The notes beneath the pieces were generated by a model. The model ran no database searches and was not told the origin of the DNA. It was given only the letters and a program-made list of their open reading frames with translations. Made by a program: the position numbers and the translations under genes. From an uncultured Pseudomonadota bacterium (GTDB lineage Bacteria; Pseudomonadota; Gammaproteobacteria; Burkholderiales; Casimicrobiaceae): a stretch of 64,000 bases of DNA. Numbering within the stretch: position 1 is the stretch's first letter; the number at the start of each line of letters is the position of its first letter. Location of the stretch: contig CAWAFO010000006.1 in the NCBI GenBank assembly GCA_963781395.1, forward strand, positions 29,554-93,553, in the 5' to 3' direction. Below are positions 8,963 to 18,391 of this stretch, one piece after another.

Positions 8963-10349
8963 GTGCGCTGGCCGCCGCCGGCTCGCCGAGATCGAAGAAC
9001 AGCCCGGTCATGATCGCGAGGCCCTGCCGCGCCACCGAACCCAGCAAGTGCTCGTCCGGCGCGTGCTGCGAGCAGCCGGGATAGGAATGGGGTATCCACA
9101 CGGTCGGCAGCGACAGCACTTCGGCGAAGCAGTCGTTGGGCAGCGAGCCGCCGAGGTTGGGCAGGATGGCCGGACGCGTGCCGGTGGTGCGCTCGACGGA
9201 GGCCGCGACGCGTTGCACCCAGGGATGCTCGGGGGACAGCCGCGTCGCGCGCATCGTTTCGCTGCGCGCCGCGGCGACCTTCACCGCCGCGAATCCGCGC
9301 GCATCGAGATGCGCACGAATCGCCAGGATGAACGTCGTATGGTCGCAGCCCGCGACGAACCGCACCTGCAGGTGCGCCGTCGCGCGCGGCGGGATCGCGT
9401 TGACCGGATGCTCGGGGTTTCCGGTCTTGAAGGCGAGCACTTCGAGCGCGTTCCAGCCGAACACCCGCTCGGCGGGCGTGAGCCCGGGCTCGCCCCATCC
9501 CGGGTCGATGGCAGGCCCGGCAGGCTCGCCGGGCTCGATGTCGGCGAGCGCGCGACGCACGGCGTCCGGAATCGGCGGCGGACGCAATCCGTCGACGAGG
9601 ATGCGCCCGCGCGCGTCGACCAGCGACGCGATGGCATTGGCGAGAATCGTCCCGGGGTTCGCCAGCAGGCCGCCCCAATTGCCCGAATGATGCGCGCCTT
9701 CGCGCAATTCGAGCAGGAGGTCGAAGTTGAATGCGCCGCGCGAGCCGAGGAACAGCGTCGGCCGTTCGGCGCGAAGACGCGGTCCGTCCGAGGCGATGAG
9801 CACGTCGGCCGCGAACAGGTCGCGATGGCGCTCGCACAGCGCGCGCAATCCCGGCGAACCCGTTTCCTCGCCCATCTCGAGCAGCAGCTTGACGTTGAAG
9901 CCGAGCGCCCCGCGTGCGGCCAGCACGCATGCGAGCGCGGCGAGGTTGATGCTGTGCTGCCCTTTGTTGTCGGCAGTGCCGCGCCCATACCAGCGGTCCT
10001 GCTCGACCACCACCTGCCACGGCGACAGGCCTGCGCGCCATTGCGCGTCGTAGCCGAGCACGACGTCGCCATGTCCGTAGGTCAGGATCGTCGGCGCCCC
10101 CTGGCGCTCGGCGCGCTCGGCGAACAGGAACGGCGCACCGCCCGCCGGATTGTCCAGCAACCGCCACGCGAAACCCATCGCCGCCAGCGCCGGCGCGATC
10201 TCGCGCTCGAGGTAGGCGACGAGCTCGTCGCGTGCGCCGTCGCGCTGGCTCTCGGTATGGCAGGCGACGCGCCGCCGCAGCTCCGCGAGGAAGTGACCGG
10301 CGTCGAACCAGGCGAGCGAAGCGTTGATCGTGTCGGCGCGTGTGGTCAT
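8955..10349 (-). CDS. M20 family metallopeptidase/amidohydrolase
   Basis: YGHGDVV, GRGTADNKGQH, EMGEETGS, SDG, QHAPDEH; stop overlaps pbfA start. Confidence 0.9.
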   Translation of the reverse strand: MTTRADTINASLAWFDAGHFLAELRRRVACHTESQRDGARDELVAYLEREIAPALAAMGFAWRLLDNPAGGAPFLFAERAERQGAPTILTYGHGDVVLGYDAQWRAGLSPWQVVVEQDRWYGRGTADNKGQHSINLAALACVLAARGALGFNVKLLLEMGEETGSPGLRALCERHRDLFAADVLIASDGPRLRAERPTLFLGSRGAFNFDLLLELREGAHHSGNWGGLLANPGTILANAIASLVDARGRILVDGLRPPPIPDAVRRALADIEPGEPAGPAIDPGWGEPGLTPAERVFGWNALEVLAFKTGNPEHPVNAIPPRATAHLQVRFVAGCDHTTFILAIRAHLDARGFAAVKVAAARSETMRATRLSPEHPWVQRVAASVERTTGTRPAILPNLGGSLPNDCFAEVLSLPTVWIPHSYPGCSQHAPDEHLLGSVARQGLAIMTGLFFDLGEPAAASAHA

Positions 10350-10527
10350 CGCGGCGAGAATACCGCATGCGCGCCCCGCGGCGCCATGCGTGTGCGCGCG
10401 GCCGGAATCGTCCCTGCGCCGGGCGCTATGATCCATCATCGCGGAGCGTCACCGCCGGCTGCGTGCGCCGCGTGCGCACCCTTGCCGGCCCGGCGCGGCG
10501 CGCCGACCACCACGACATGCCTCCACC

Positions 10528-11295
10528 ATGATCTATGCACTCTATTACTGGCCCGGCATCCAGGGCCGCGGCGAATTCGTCCGCCTCGCTCTCGAGGATG
10601 CCGCTGCGCGCTACGTCGACATCGCGCTCGTCCCGCAGCGTCGCGGCGGCGGCGTCGCCGCGCTCGAGCGCTACCTCGACGGCGACGACATCGCGCGCCC
10701 GCCATTCGCGCCACCCTTCCTCGTCGCCGCGCGCGAGGTGATCGGGCAGACCGCGAACATCCTCCTCTTCCTGGGCGCGCGACTCGGACTCGCGCCGCGC
10801 GACACCGCCGGACGGCTGTGGGCCCACCAGCTGCAGCTGACGATCGCCGACTGGGTCGCCGAAGTGCACGACACGCACCATCCGCTGGCGAGCGGGATGT
10901 ACTACGCGCAGCAGAAGCCCGCCGCACGCCGGCGTGCGAAGGCGTTCGTCGACGAGCGCATGCCCAAGTTCCTCGATTACTTCGAGAAGGTGCTCGCGCG
11001 CAACACCGCGCCGGGCCCGTGGCTGATCGGCCGCCGCGCGACGTATGTCGACTTGTCGCTGGCGCAGATGGTCGCCGGCCTGCGCTATGCGTTTCCCCAC
11101 GCATGCGCGGCGCTGCTGCCTCGGTATCCGCGCGTCGTGGCGGTGCACGACGCGGTGTTCGCGCGGCCGCGCATTGCGCGCTACACGGCCTCGAAGCGGC
11201 GGCTCGCATTCAACAACGACGGCATCTTCCGCCACTATCCCGAACTGGACCTCAAGGCGCCCACCCGAGCCACGCGCAAAGCCCGCGGCACTTGA
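10528..11295 (+). CDS. Glutathione S-transferase family protein
   Basis: LYYWPGIQGRGEFVRLALE, PPFAPPFL, IGQTANIL, TYVDLSL. Confidence 0.85.
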   Translation: MIYALYYWPGIQGRGEFVRLALEDAAARYVDIALVPQRRGGGVAALERYLDGDDIARPPFAPPFLVAAREVIGQTANILLFLGARLGLAPRDTAGRLWAHQLQLTIADWVAEVHDTHHPLASGMYYAQQKPAARRRAKAFVDERMPKFLDYFEKVLARNTAPGPWLIGRRATYVDLSLAQMVAGLRYAFPHACAALLPRYPRVVAVHDAVFARPRIARYTASKRRLAFNNDGIFRHYPELDLKAPTRATRKARGT

Positions 11296-11458
11296 CTCGT
11301 GGCGGGTCGTTGCCGCGCGGCCAGGGCAAGGTGGACCCGCATTCCGACCATGCCCGTGTTCGGCGGGGCAACCGCCTTCCCCCGGGCAATGTCACAATCG
11401 CACGAGCGGCGCCTGACATTCACGAGCAGCCGTCGACGCAATCGATGATGGAGGAGCA

Positions 11459-11926
11459 ATGAGCGGTTCGCAGCGCCGGCTTCACAAGGACTTCTGGGGC
11501 GGCAGCGGGATCGCCCTGTTCGGCGTCGTCTACGGCGTCCAGGGGGCGCACTACACGATCGGCTCGCTGAGCCGCATGGGGCCCGGCTATTTTCCCGTGG
11601 CGCTCGGCGTCATCCTCGCACTGACGGGCATCGCGATCGCGATCATCGGCTACCGCAAGTCGGTGCAGGTCGAGGGCGAGCACCGTCCCGCGCAATGGCG
11701 CGCCTGGGGGTTGATCAGCATCAGCATCGTCGCTTTCGTGGTGATCGCCGAGCGTTTCGGGCTGGTGCCGGCGGCGTTCGCGATCGTGTTCATCAGCGCG
11801 CTCGCCGATCGCGACAACAACTGGAAGCGCTCCGCCGTGCTCGCGGCCGCCATCGTCGTGGTGGCGGTCGTCGTGTTCTGGTGGGCGTTGCAGATACAGC
11901 TGCCGCTGTTGCAGTGGCGGAGCTGA
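11459..11926 (+). CDS. tctB: Tripartite tricarboxylate transporter small membrane subunit
   Basis: MGPGYFPVALG motif, four TM segments, upstream of tctA. Confidence 0.85.
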   Translation: MSGSQRRLHKDFWGGSGIALFGVVYGVQGAHYTIGSLSRMGPGYFPVALGVILALTGIAIAIIGYRKSVQVEGEHRPAQWRAWGLISISIVAFVVIAERFGLVPAAFAIVFISALADRDNNWKRSAVLAAAIVVVAVVVFWWALQIQLPLLQWRS

Positions 11927-11929
11927 GCG

Positions 11930-13477
11930 ATGATCTGGAAATCGCTTTCCGACCTGTGGTTCGGCTTCGGCGTCGCGTTCGAGCCGCACAACCTGATGTG
12001 GTCGTTCTTCGGCGTGCTGGTCGGCAACCTGATCGGTGTGCTGCCCGGCATGGGTGCGCTGTCGGCCATCGCCATGCTGTTGCCGCTCACCTACACGATG
12101 CATCCGGTGGCGGCGATCCTGATGCTGGCCGGCATCTTCTACGGCTCGCAATACGGCGGTGCCATCGGCGCGATCCTGCTCAACCTGCCGTCGCATCCGC
12201 CGCACGCGGTGACCTGCATCGAAGGCTTCCCGATGACCCAGCAGGGCAAGGGCGGCACCGCGCTCGGGATCACGATGATCGCGTCGTTTTTCGCCGCGTC
12301 ATTCGGCATCACCGTGATGATCCTGGCGTCGCCGCTGCTGGTCGAAGTGGCCTTCAAGTTCGGGCCCAAGGAGATCTTCTCGATCATGCTGCTCGGCCTG
12401 ATCGCGGGTTCGACGATGGCGCGCGGCTCGCCGCTCAAGGGCGTGGCGATGACCACCTTCGGCCTGATGCTCGGCACGATCGGCACCGACGTCAACAGCG
12501 GCGTGCAACGCTTCACGCTGGGATTTCCCGAGCTTTCCGACCGCGTCGAGCTGGTGGCGCTGGCGATGGGGCTGTTCGGCGTCGCCGACTTCCTGCGTAA
12601 CGTCAATCACATGCATGTCATCGGCAGCGGCACCAAGGTGCGGTTGCGTGACATGCGCCCGAGCCGCGCCGAGCTCAAGCAGGCGTTTCCGGCGATGGTG
12701 CGCGGCACGCTGGTCGGCACGCTGTTCGGCGCGATGCCGGGAACCGGTCCGACGATCACCACGTTCATCGCTTACGCGCTCGAGCGCAAGATCACCAAGA
12801 CGCCCGAGCGCTTCGGCCACGGCGCGATCGAAGGCGTGGCGAGCCCGGAAGCGGCGTCACATTCCAAGACGCAGGTCGACTTCATCCCGACGATGAGCCT
12901 CGGCATTCCCGGCGACGCGGTGATGGCGCTGATCCTCGGCGCGCTGCTGATCCAGGGCATCCAGCCCGGCCCGCAGCTCATCACCGAGCACGCCGACCTG
13001 TTCTGGGGGCTGATCGCGAGCTTCTGGGTCGGCAATGTCCTGCTCGTCATCCTCAACGTCCCCCTGATCGGCCTGTGGGTGAAGCTGCTGCAAGTGCCGT
13101 ATCGCTATCTGTTCCCGTCGGCGCTGTTCTTCATCGCGATCGGCGTCTACAGCACCAACAACAGCCTGTTCGAGGTCGGCGAGGTGCTCGTGTTCGGCGT
13201 GGTGGGCGCAATCCTGATGGCATTCGACTTTCCGGTGGCGACGATCCTGCTGGGTTACGTGCTGGGGCCCCTGGTGGAGGAGAATTTCCGGCGCGCGCTG
13301 TTGTTGTCGCGTGGCGATCTCACCGTGTTCTTCAAGGGGCCGATCAGCGGCACGTTCATGACGATCTGCATCCTGCTGGTCGTCGGCCAGCTCTTCTTCG
13401 CATGGCGCGCGTCGCGCGGCAAGCGCACGCCGCAACTGCTGCCCACGTCCGGCGTGGCCGCAATCGCCGACGAATAG
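11930..13477 (+). CDS. tctA: Tripartite tricarboxylate transporter permease
   Basis: IGVLPGMG, YGSQYGGAI, EGVASPEAASHS, PTMSLGIPG, GIQPGP. Confidence 0.92.
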   Translation: MIWKSLSDLWFGFGVAFEPHNLMWSFFGVLVGNLIGVLPGMGALSAIAMLLPLTYTMHPVAAILMLAGIFYGSQYGGAIGAILLNLPSHPPHAVTCIEGFPMTQQGKGGTALGITMIASFFAASFGITVMILASPLLVEVAFKFGPKEIFSIMLLGLIAGSTMARGSPLKGVAMTTFGLMLGTIGTDVNSGVQRFTLGFPELSDRVELVALAMGLFGVADFLRNVNHMHVIGSGTKVRLRDMRPSRAELKQAFPAMVRGTLVGTLFGAMPGTGPTITTFIAYALERKITKTPERFGHGAIEGVASPEAASHSKTQVDFIPTMSLGIPGDAVMALILGALLIQGIQPGPQLITEHADLFWGLIASFWVGNVLLVILNVPLIGLWVKLLQVPYRYLFPSALFFIAIGVYSTNNSLFEVGEVLVFGVVGAILMAFDFPVATILLGYVLGPLVEENFRRALLLSRGDLTVFFKGPISGTFMTICILLVVGQLFFAWRASRGKRTPQLLPTSGVAAIADE

Positions 13478-13481
13478 GCGG

Positions 13482-14726
13482 GTGAAGTTGCGGCGCGCCT
13501 GCGGCTGGATTCTCGCGCTGACCGTGCTCGCGGGCGCCGGCGAGGCGCTCGCTTCGGCGCGCTTCTGCATCGATGCCAGCACGCTGAGTTTCGGCGACCA
13601 GGCGGTCGCCACGTCGCGCACGCAGTCGGTTGCCGTGCGGAACTGCGGCGATGCGGCATGGACGTTTACCGACGTCAGCGTGCATCCGGCCACTGCCGAC
13701 GCCTACAGCGTGATGACGACGTGCGCGACCGGCCTGACGTTCGCACCGGGTGACACGTGCAGCGCCAGCGTCACGTTCGCCCCGACTTCCCCGGGCCAGG
13801 TGTCGGGTGGGCTATGGCTGCGCAACACCACCAGCGACGCCGACGCGTTCCTCGCGTTCTACGGACGCGGTGTCGACGCCCAGGCAGGCACGGCGACGCT
13901 GGCATTCGAGCCCGCAGTGGCGAACTTCTCCACGGTGGACGTCGGCCAATCGGCGGCAATGCCACTCGAGATCGTCAACCAGGGCCCGGCGGCGATGACC
14001 CTCACGGCGATCGTGCTCAACGGCCCGCAGGCCTACGACTTCTCGGGCGACGAGGTCTCTTGTGTCGTCGGCGTCACGCTCGCCGCCGGGGCCGCCTGCG
14101 ACATCACGCTGCACTTCATGCCGCAGGTCGCGGGACCGCGCGCAGCGTTTCTCGTCATCGACTCGCCGCAGCTCGCATCGCTGGCGATACTCGACATCGA
14201 TGGCGTCGGCGCCTCGCCCGGCACGCCGGCGAAAGTCACGATCGTCGAGTATCGCGACGCGGCGCTCGACCACTATTTCATCACGTCGCTGGCGGACGAG
14301 ATCGCGCTGTGCGACGCGGGACAGTCGCCCTGCACCGGCTGGGTGCGCACCGGGGAATCCTTCAACGCCTATGCGGACATCGGCGACGTGGCGGGCGCCG
14401 TGGGTGTCTGCCGCTTCTTCAACGACAGCTACGCCCACAGCAGCTCGCACTTCTATGCGCTGCACGGCCTCGGCTGCGAGGACACGCTCGCCAAGTTCCC
14501 GGATTGGAAGCTCGAATCGGGCGATGTGTTCGCCATGGGTGCGCCGGACACGGCTGGCGCCTGCGGGAGTGGAACAACCCCCGTCTTCCGGCTCTACAAC
14601 AACGGCGCCGGTGGCGCGCCCGCGCATCGGTTCACCGTCGATCCCGCGATTCGCGCGCAGATGATCGAGGCCGGCTGGACGCCCGAAGGCTACGGCATCG
14701 GCGTCGCGTTCTGTGCGCCGATCTGA
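13482..14726 (+). CDS. Secreted protein with two ASH/choice-of-anchor-D-like Ig domains and a C-terminal DUF5648-like repeat domain
   Basis: Signal peptide; LSFGDQAV..V.N.G and TCxxG.T.APGxxC..SVTFAP repeated twice; C-terminal IVEYRDAALDHYFIT...SHFY...AHRFT. Confidence 0.7.
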   Translation: MKLRRACGWILALTVLAGAGEALASARFCIDASTLSFGDQAVATSRTQSVAVRNCGDAAWTFTDVSVHPATADAYSVMTTCATGLTFAPGDTCSASVTFAPTSPGQVSGGLWLRNTTSDADAFLAFYGRGVDAQAGTATLAFEPAVANFSTVDVGQSAAMPLEIVNQGPAAMTLTAIVLNGPQAYDFSGDEVSCVVGVTLAAGAACDITLHFMPQVAGPRAAFLVIDSPQLASLAILDIDGVGASPGTPAKVTIVEYRDAALDHYFITSLADEIALCDAGQSPCTGWVRTGESFNAYADIGDVAGAVGVCRFFNDSYAHSSSHFYALHGLGCEDTLAKFPDWKLESGDVFAMGAPDTAGACGSGTTPVFRLYNNGAGGAPAHRFTVDPAIRAQMIEAGWTPEGYGIGVAFCAPI

Positions 14727-14858
14727 CGCAGCGTCAACAGCCCGCGCAAATTCCGGCGTAAGGTCGGCTATAGGGACGAGACGCGGGTGCGATCGCAGAC
14801 GTGCGCACCCTGCGCAGCCTCGAGAGTGCAAATGCACATCATCTGAAACCGGCAAGCG

Positions 14859-15929
14859 ATGACCGACATTCGCAAGGGACAGGCACCGCCGCCGCTGGAC
14901 CGCGAGGCGTTCGGCCGCCGCTATCGCGCGAGCTTCGTCGATCCGGCGTTCGCGGCCGAGGCAAGCGCGATCGCGCGCCTCGAGGCCATCGCATGGGACG
15001 CCTACCGCGACGGCCGCAAGGCTCCGGTGACGCGGAAAGCCGGGCCGGGCTACGCGAATCCGGACTACGACCTTTCGGTCGAGTGGATCGAGTCGCGCCG
15101 GCAGATCGACGACGCCCAGCGGCGATGGTCGGACCCTGCCACGCCCTCGCGCGTGCTGCTCGTCTGCGGCGCCGCGCGCAACGACGGCACCTGTCCCGGC
15201 GAGATGTCGAAGACGTTCCGCCTGCTGACGCTCACGCGCGAGATCGTCGATGCCGCGGGCATCGAGTCCGACGTGCTCGATCTGAGCCTGCTCACGTCCG
15301 AGTTCGGCCGCCACATCCACCCCTGCAAGGGCTGCGTGTCGACGGCGATGCCGCTATGCCACTGGCCCTGCAGCTGCTATCCCAACCACTCGCTTGGGCA
15401 GATCCACGACTGGATGGCGGAGATCTATCCGCGCTGGGTCGCTGCGCACGGCGTCATCATCGCGTCCCCCGTCTATTGGTACCAGAGTCCGAGCGCGCTG
15501 AAGCTGATGATCGACCGGCTGGTGTGCGCCGACGGCGGCAACGCCGATCCGACGTCGACGTCCGGCAAGAACGTGGCGATGGCGAAGTCGCTGGAGAATG
15601 CCGGCTGGGATTATCCGCAACACCTGGCCGGCCGCACCTATGGCGTGATCGTGCATGGCGATGTCGCGGGCGTGGAGGCATCGCGGCGCGCACTGTCCGA
15701 TTGGCTCGACTGGATGGGATTCATCGACGCCGGCGCGCAGGCGCGGCTCGATCGCTACATCGGCTACTACCAGTCGTATGCCGCCAGCCACGCCGTGCTC
15801 GACCGCGACCTCGCCGTGCAGGAGGAGGTGCGCAACGTCGCGCGCGCCGTGGTCCATGCGGTGGCCGAGCTGCGCGCGGGGCGCCTGTCCGCGGTGCAGC
15901 CGAGGCTTGACCGGCCTCGAAGGAAATGA
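14859..15929 (+). CDS. Flavodoxin-fold / NADPH-dependent FMN reductase family protein with Cys cluster
   Basis: CKGCVSTAMPLCHWPCSCYP, SPVYWYQSPSALKLMIDRL. Confidence 0.8.
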   Translation: MTDIRKGQAPPPLDREAFGRRYRASFVDPAFAAEASAIARLEAIAWDAYRDGRKAPVTRKAGPGYANPDYDLSVEWIESRRQIDDAQRRWSDPATPSRVLLVCGAARNDGTCPGEMSKTFRLLTLTREIVDAAGIESDVLDLSLLTSEFGRHIHPCKGCVSTAMPLCHWPCSCYPNHSLGQIHDWMAEIYPRWVAAHGVIIASPVYWYQSPSALKLMIDRLVCADGGNADPTSTSGKNVAMAKSLENAGWDYPQHLAGRTYGVIVHGDVAGVEASRRALSDWLDWMGFIDAGAQARLDRYIGYYQSYAASHAVLDRDLAVQEEVRNVARAVVHAVAELRAGRLSAVQPRLDRPRRK

Positions 15930-15952
15930 CTGCCATTTCGCGAGGAGATGCC

Positions 15953-16432
15953 ATGCAGAAGATCACACCCTTCATCTGGTACGCGAAGGAAGCCGAGGAA
16001 GCGGCGGCGTTCTACGTGTCGATTTTCCCCAATTCGCGGATCAAGCGCGTGACCGCGATGCCGGCCGATTCGCCGAGCGGGCCCGCCGGATCGGTGAAGG
16101 TCGTCGAGTTCGAGCTCTTCGGCCAGGCGTTCACCGCGATGACCGCCGGGCAACTCGACCCGTTCAACCACGCCATCTCGTTCGTCGTCGAATGCGACGA
16201 CCAGGCCGAGATCGACCGGTACTGGAACGCCCTCCTCGCCCATGGCGGGGCGCCGGAGGCGTGTGGCTGGCTCAAGGACCGCTACGGCCTGTCCTGGCAG
16301 ATCACGCCCAAGGCACTGTTCGAGATGATGGCAAGCCCCGACCGCGCCAAGGGCAAGCGCGCCGCCGAAGCGATGCTCAAGATGGTCAAGCTCGACATCG
16401 CAGCCTTGAAGGCGGCCTTCGACGGACACTGA
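15953..16432 (+). CDS. VOC family protein (3-demethylubiquinone-9 3-methyltransferase/PhnB-like)
   Basis: MQKITPFIW, AEEAAAFYVSIF, QAEIDRYW, CGWLKDRYGLSWQI. Confidence 0.9.
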   Translation: MQKITPFIWYAKEAEEAAAFYVSIFPNSRIKRVTAMPADSPSGPAGSVKVVEFELFGQAFTAMTAGQLDPFNHAISFVVECDDQAEIDRYWNALLAHGGAPEACGWLKDRYGLSWQITPKALFEMMASPDRAKGKRAAEAMLKMVKLDIAALKAAFDGH

Positions 16433-16552
16433 TATCGGTGCGCTGGCGCGCGGTGCCACGACAGTGAAATAATGGCGCCCCGCCGGCTGTTCGCGGCGGG
16501 AGGCGACGCGCGACATCGCCAACCCTTCTTCCATTCGATGATGGAGCGTGCG

Positions 16553-17587
16553 ATGAAGCGCATTCGATCCTGTGCGATGCTGGCCGCTGTGGTGATGATC
16601 GCCGCGGCCTCTGCCGGCGCACAGGCACAGAACGTCAAGGTCACGTTCTTGGGCACACACGCGGGCGAGCTCTGCAGCCGCGATCGCGCGACGATCTTCG
16701 AGGACCCCACCGGGCTGCGCATCCTCTACGACGCCGGACAATCGGTGACCGGCGCCGACGACGCGCGCCTCGGCCGCGTCGACGTCGTGCTGCTGAGCCA
16801 TGCCCACGGCGATCATCTCGGCGACCAGAAGCTCGCGGCGCTCGAAGCCGGCACCTGCGCGGCGCCACGCCTCGTCTCGGCGGCGCCGAATTCGACGACC
16901 GCCGACATCGTCGCCGCGAAGAACGCGGCCATGATCACCGTGGCGCCGCTCGCGAGCTTCATCGCGCGCAAGGTGGAGACGATCCGCGGCAAGCCCACGC
17001 CCGCGTGCCCGCAGACGGGCGACGACATCATCGCGCCGTTCACGTCGCCATGCATCGCCGCCGTGCAGGTCGGTGGCATGCGCCCGGTGAAGGCCTCGGC
17101 ATCGGCGAAGGCCGTGGAAATCATCGCGGTTCCCGCGGTGCACGACAGCACGGTGCCGGTCGGATTGCTGAGCGAAGCCGAGCGCAAGAACCTCGAAGCC
17201 GACAACGTGAGTCTCACGCTCGGTCCGCCGATCGGCTACGTGATCCGCTTCACCAACGGCCTCGTCGCATACCTGACCGGCGACACCGGATTGCATTCGG
17301 AAATGCAGACCGTGGATCGTGACTTCTACAAGGCCAACCTGATGGAGCTCAACCTCGGGCCGAACGCCATCACGCCGGAAGCCGCGGCCTACGCCGTGGA
17401 TACGCTGGTGCAGCCGGCATCCGTCATCCTGTCGCACGTCAACGAGGCTGGCACTTCCGGCGGCAAGGCGCGCGCCGGTTCGCACACGGCGGCGTTCACT
17501 GCGCTGGTCAAGCGCCCGCTCTACCTCGGATTGAGTGGCAGGAAGATGGAATTCGACGGCACCGGCAAATGCGTCGGCGACTGCTGA
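16553..17587 (+). CDS. Periplasmic MBL-fold metallo-hydrolase
   Basis: Signal peptide, SHAHGDH, AVHD, YLTGDT, LSHV. Confidence 0.8.
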   Translation: MKRIRSCAMLAAVVMIAAASAGAQAQNVKVTFLGTHAGELCSRDRATIFEDPTGLRILYDAGQSVTGADDARLGRVDVVLLSHAHGDHLGDQKLAALEAGTCAAPRLVSAAPNSTTADIVAAKNAAMITVAPLASFIARKVETIRGKPTPACPQTGDDIIAPFTSPCIAAVQVGGMRPVKASASAKAVEIIAVPAVHDSTVPVGLLSEAERKNLEADNVSLTLGPPIGYVIRFTNGLVAYLTGDTGLHSEMQTVDRDFYKANLMELNLGPNAITPEAAAYAVDTLVQPASVILSHVNEAGTSGGKARAGSHTAAFTALVKRPLYLGLSGRKMEFDGTGKCVGDC

Positions 17588-17666
17588 TGAATCGCACCGC
17601 CGCCGGGCGTGTGTGCAGATCGTTCGATCGCGCGGCTCGCGTCGCGCGCGCGGGCTTGGTCGCCCG

Positions 17667-18311
17667 CTAGTTCACCGCCGCGTCGAGCATCACGCCGGCG
17701 AGCGCCCGCGCGGTTTTCGCGGCATGGGTGTCATGGTCCATCTGCGCCGCCACCAGCGCGCCGTCGTAGACCAGCAGTAGCTGCGCGGCCAGCGCCGCGG
17801 GATCGCGCGCGCCGGCTTCCCGCGCAAGGCGCGCGAACAGGTCGTGCAGCCACATGCGCGAGTCGTCGCACACCGCGCGGATGCGACTGCCTTCGCGCGA
17901 CTCGGCGCTGGCGCGGATGAACGCGCAGCCGCGGAACGTCGGTTCCGCGAACACTTCGGCCATCGAATCGAAAACGCCGAGAAGCTGGTCCCGCGCCGTC
18001 ATGTGGCGCGCGAGCACCTTGTCGATGCGCGCCTTGCGCGCGTCCTGCTTCGACAGCAGATAGGCGCGGATCAACTCCTCCTTGCTGCCATAGATGTCGT
18101 AAAGCGAGGCCTTGGCCACACCCGCGCGCTCGATCACGCGATCGATGCCCACGGTGTTGATGCCCTCGTCGTAGAACAACGTCTCCGCGGCCTCCAGCAA
18201 TCGCTCGCGCGCCGAGCGGCGCGCCTGGCCCGCTGCCGCCCCAGCGGGACGTTCGGCTGCCGCCGATTTGGAGGGCGTATCGCTCCCGGCCGTCATCGAT
18301 TGTTTAGCCAT
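17667..18311 (-). CDS. TetR/AcrR family regulator
   Basis: ARERLLEAAETLFYDEGINTVGIDRVIERAGVAKASLY. Confidence 0.9.
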   Translation of the reverse strand: MAKQSMTAGSDTPSKSAAAERPAGAAAGQARRSARERLLEAAETLFYDEGINTVGIDRVIERAGVAKASLYDIYGSKEELIRAYLLSKQDARKARIDKVLARHMTARDQLLGVFDSMAEVFAEPTFRGCAFIRASAESREGSRIRAVCDDSRMWLHDLFARLAREAGARDPAALAAQLLLVYDGALVAAQMDHDTHAAKTARALAGVMLDAAVN

Positions 18312-18314
18312 GGC

Positions 18315-18367
18315 TTGACAATACCAGACAGGTCTGTATGATGCAAGTAACAGACAGACCTGTCTGT
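18315..18367 (+). promoter_or_regulatory. sigma70 promoter overlapped by TetR operator dyads
   Basis: TTGACA (18315-20), 16 nt, TATGAT (18337-42); 13-bp inverted repeat CAGACAGGTCTGT (18325-37) / ACAGACCTGTCTG (18354-66). Confidence 0.75.
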
Positions 18368-18391
18368 AGCAAATCGACAACGGAACCCGCC

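Noticed and set aside
8763-11462. 899-aa plus-strand ORF and similar long Arg/Ala-rich overlapping ORFs across the window
   Set aside because: Shadow frames of high-GC genes with no recognisable motifs
15953-16432. PhnB-like gene as part of the phosphonate cluster
   Set aside because: This VOC family is not a phosphonate enzyme and lies about 5.6 kb away in another operon
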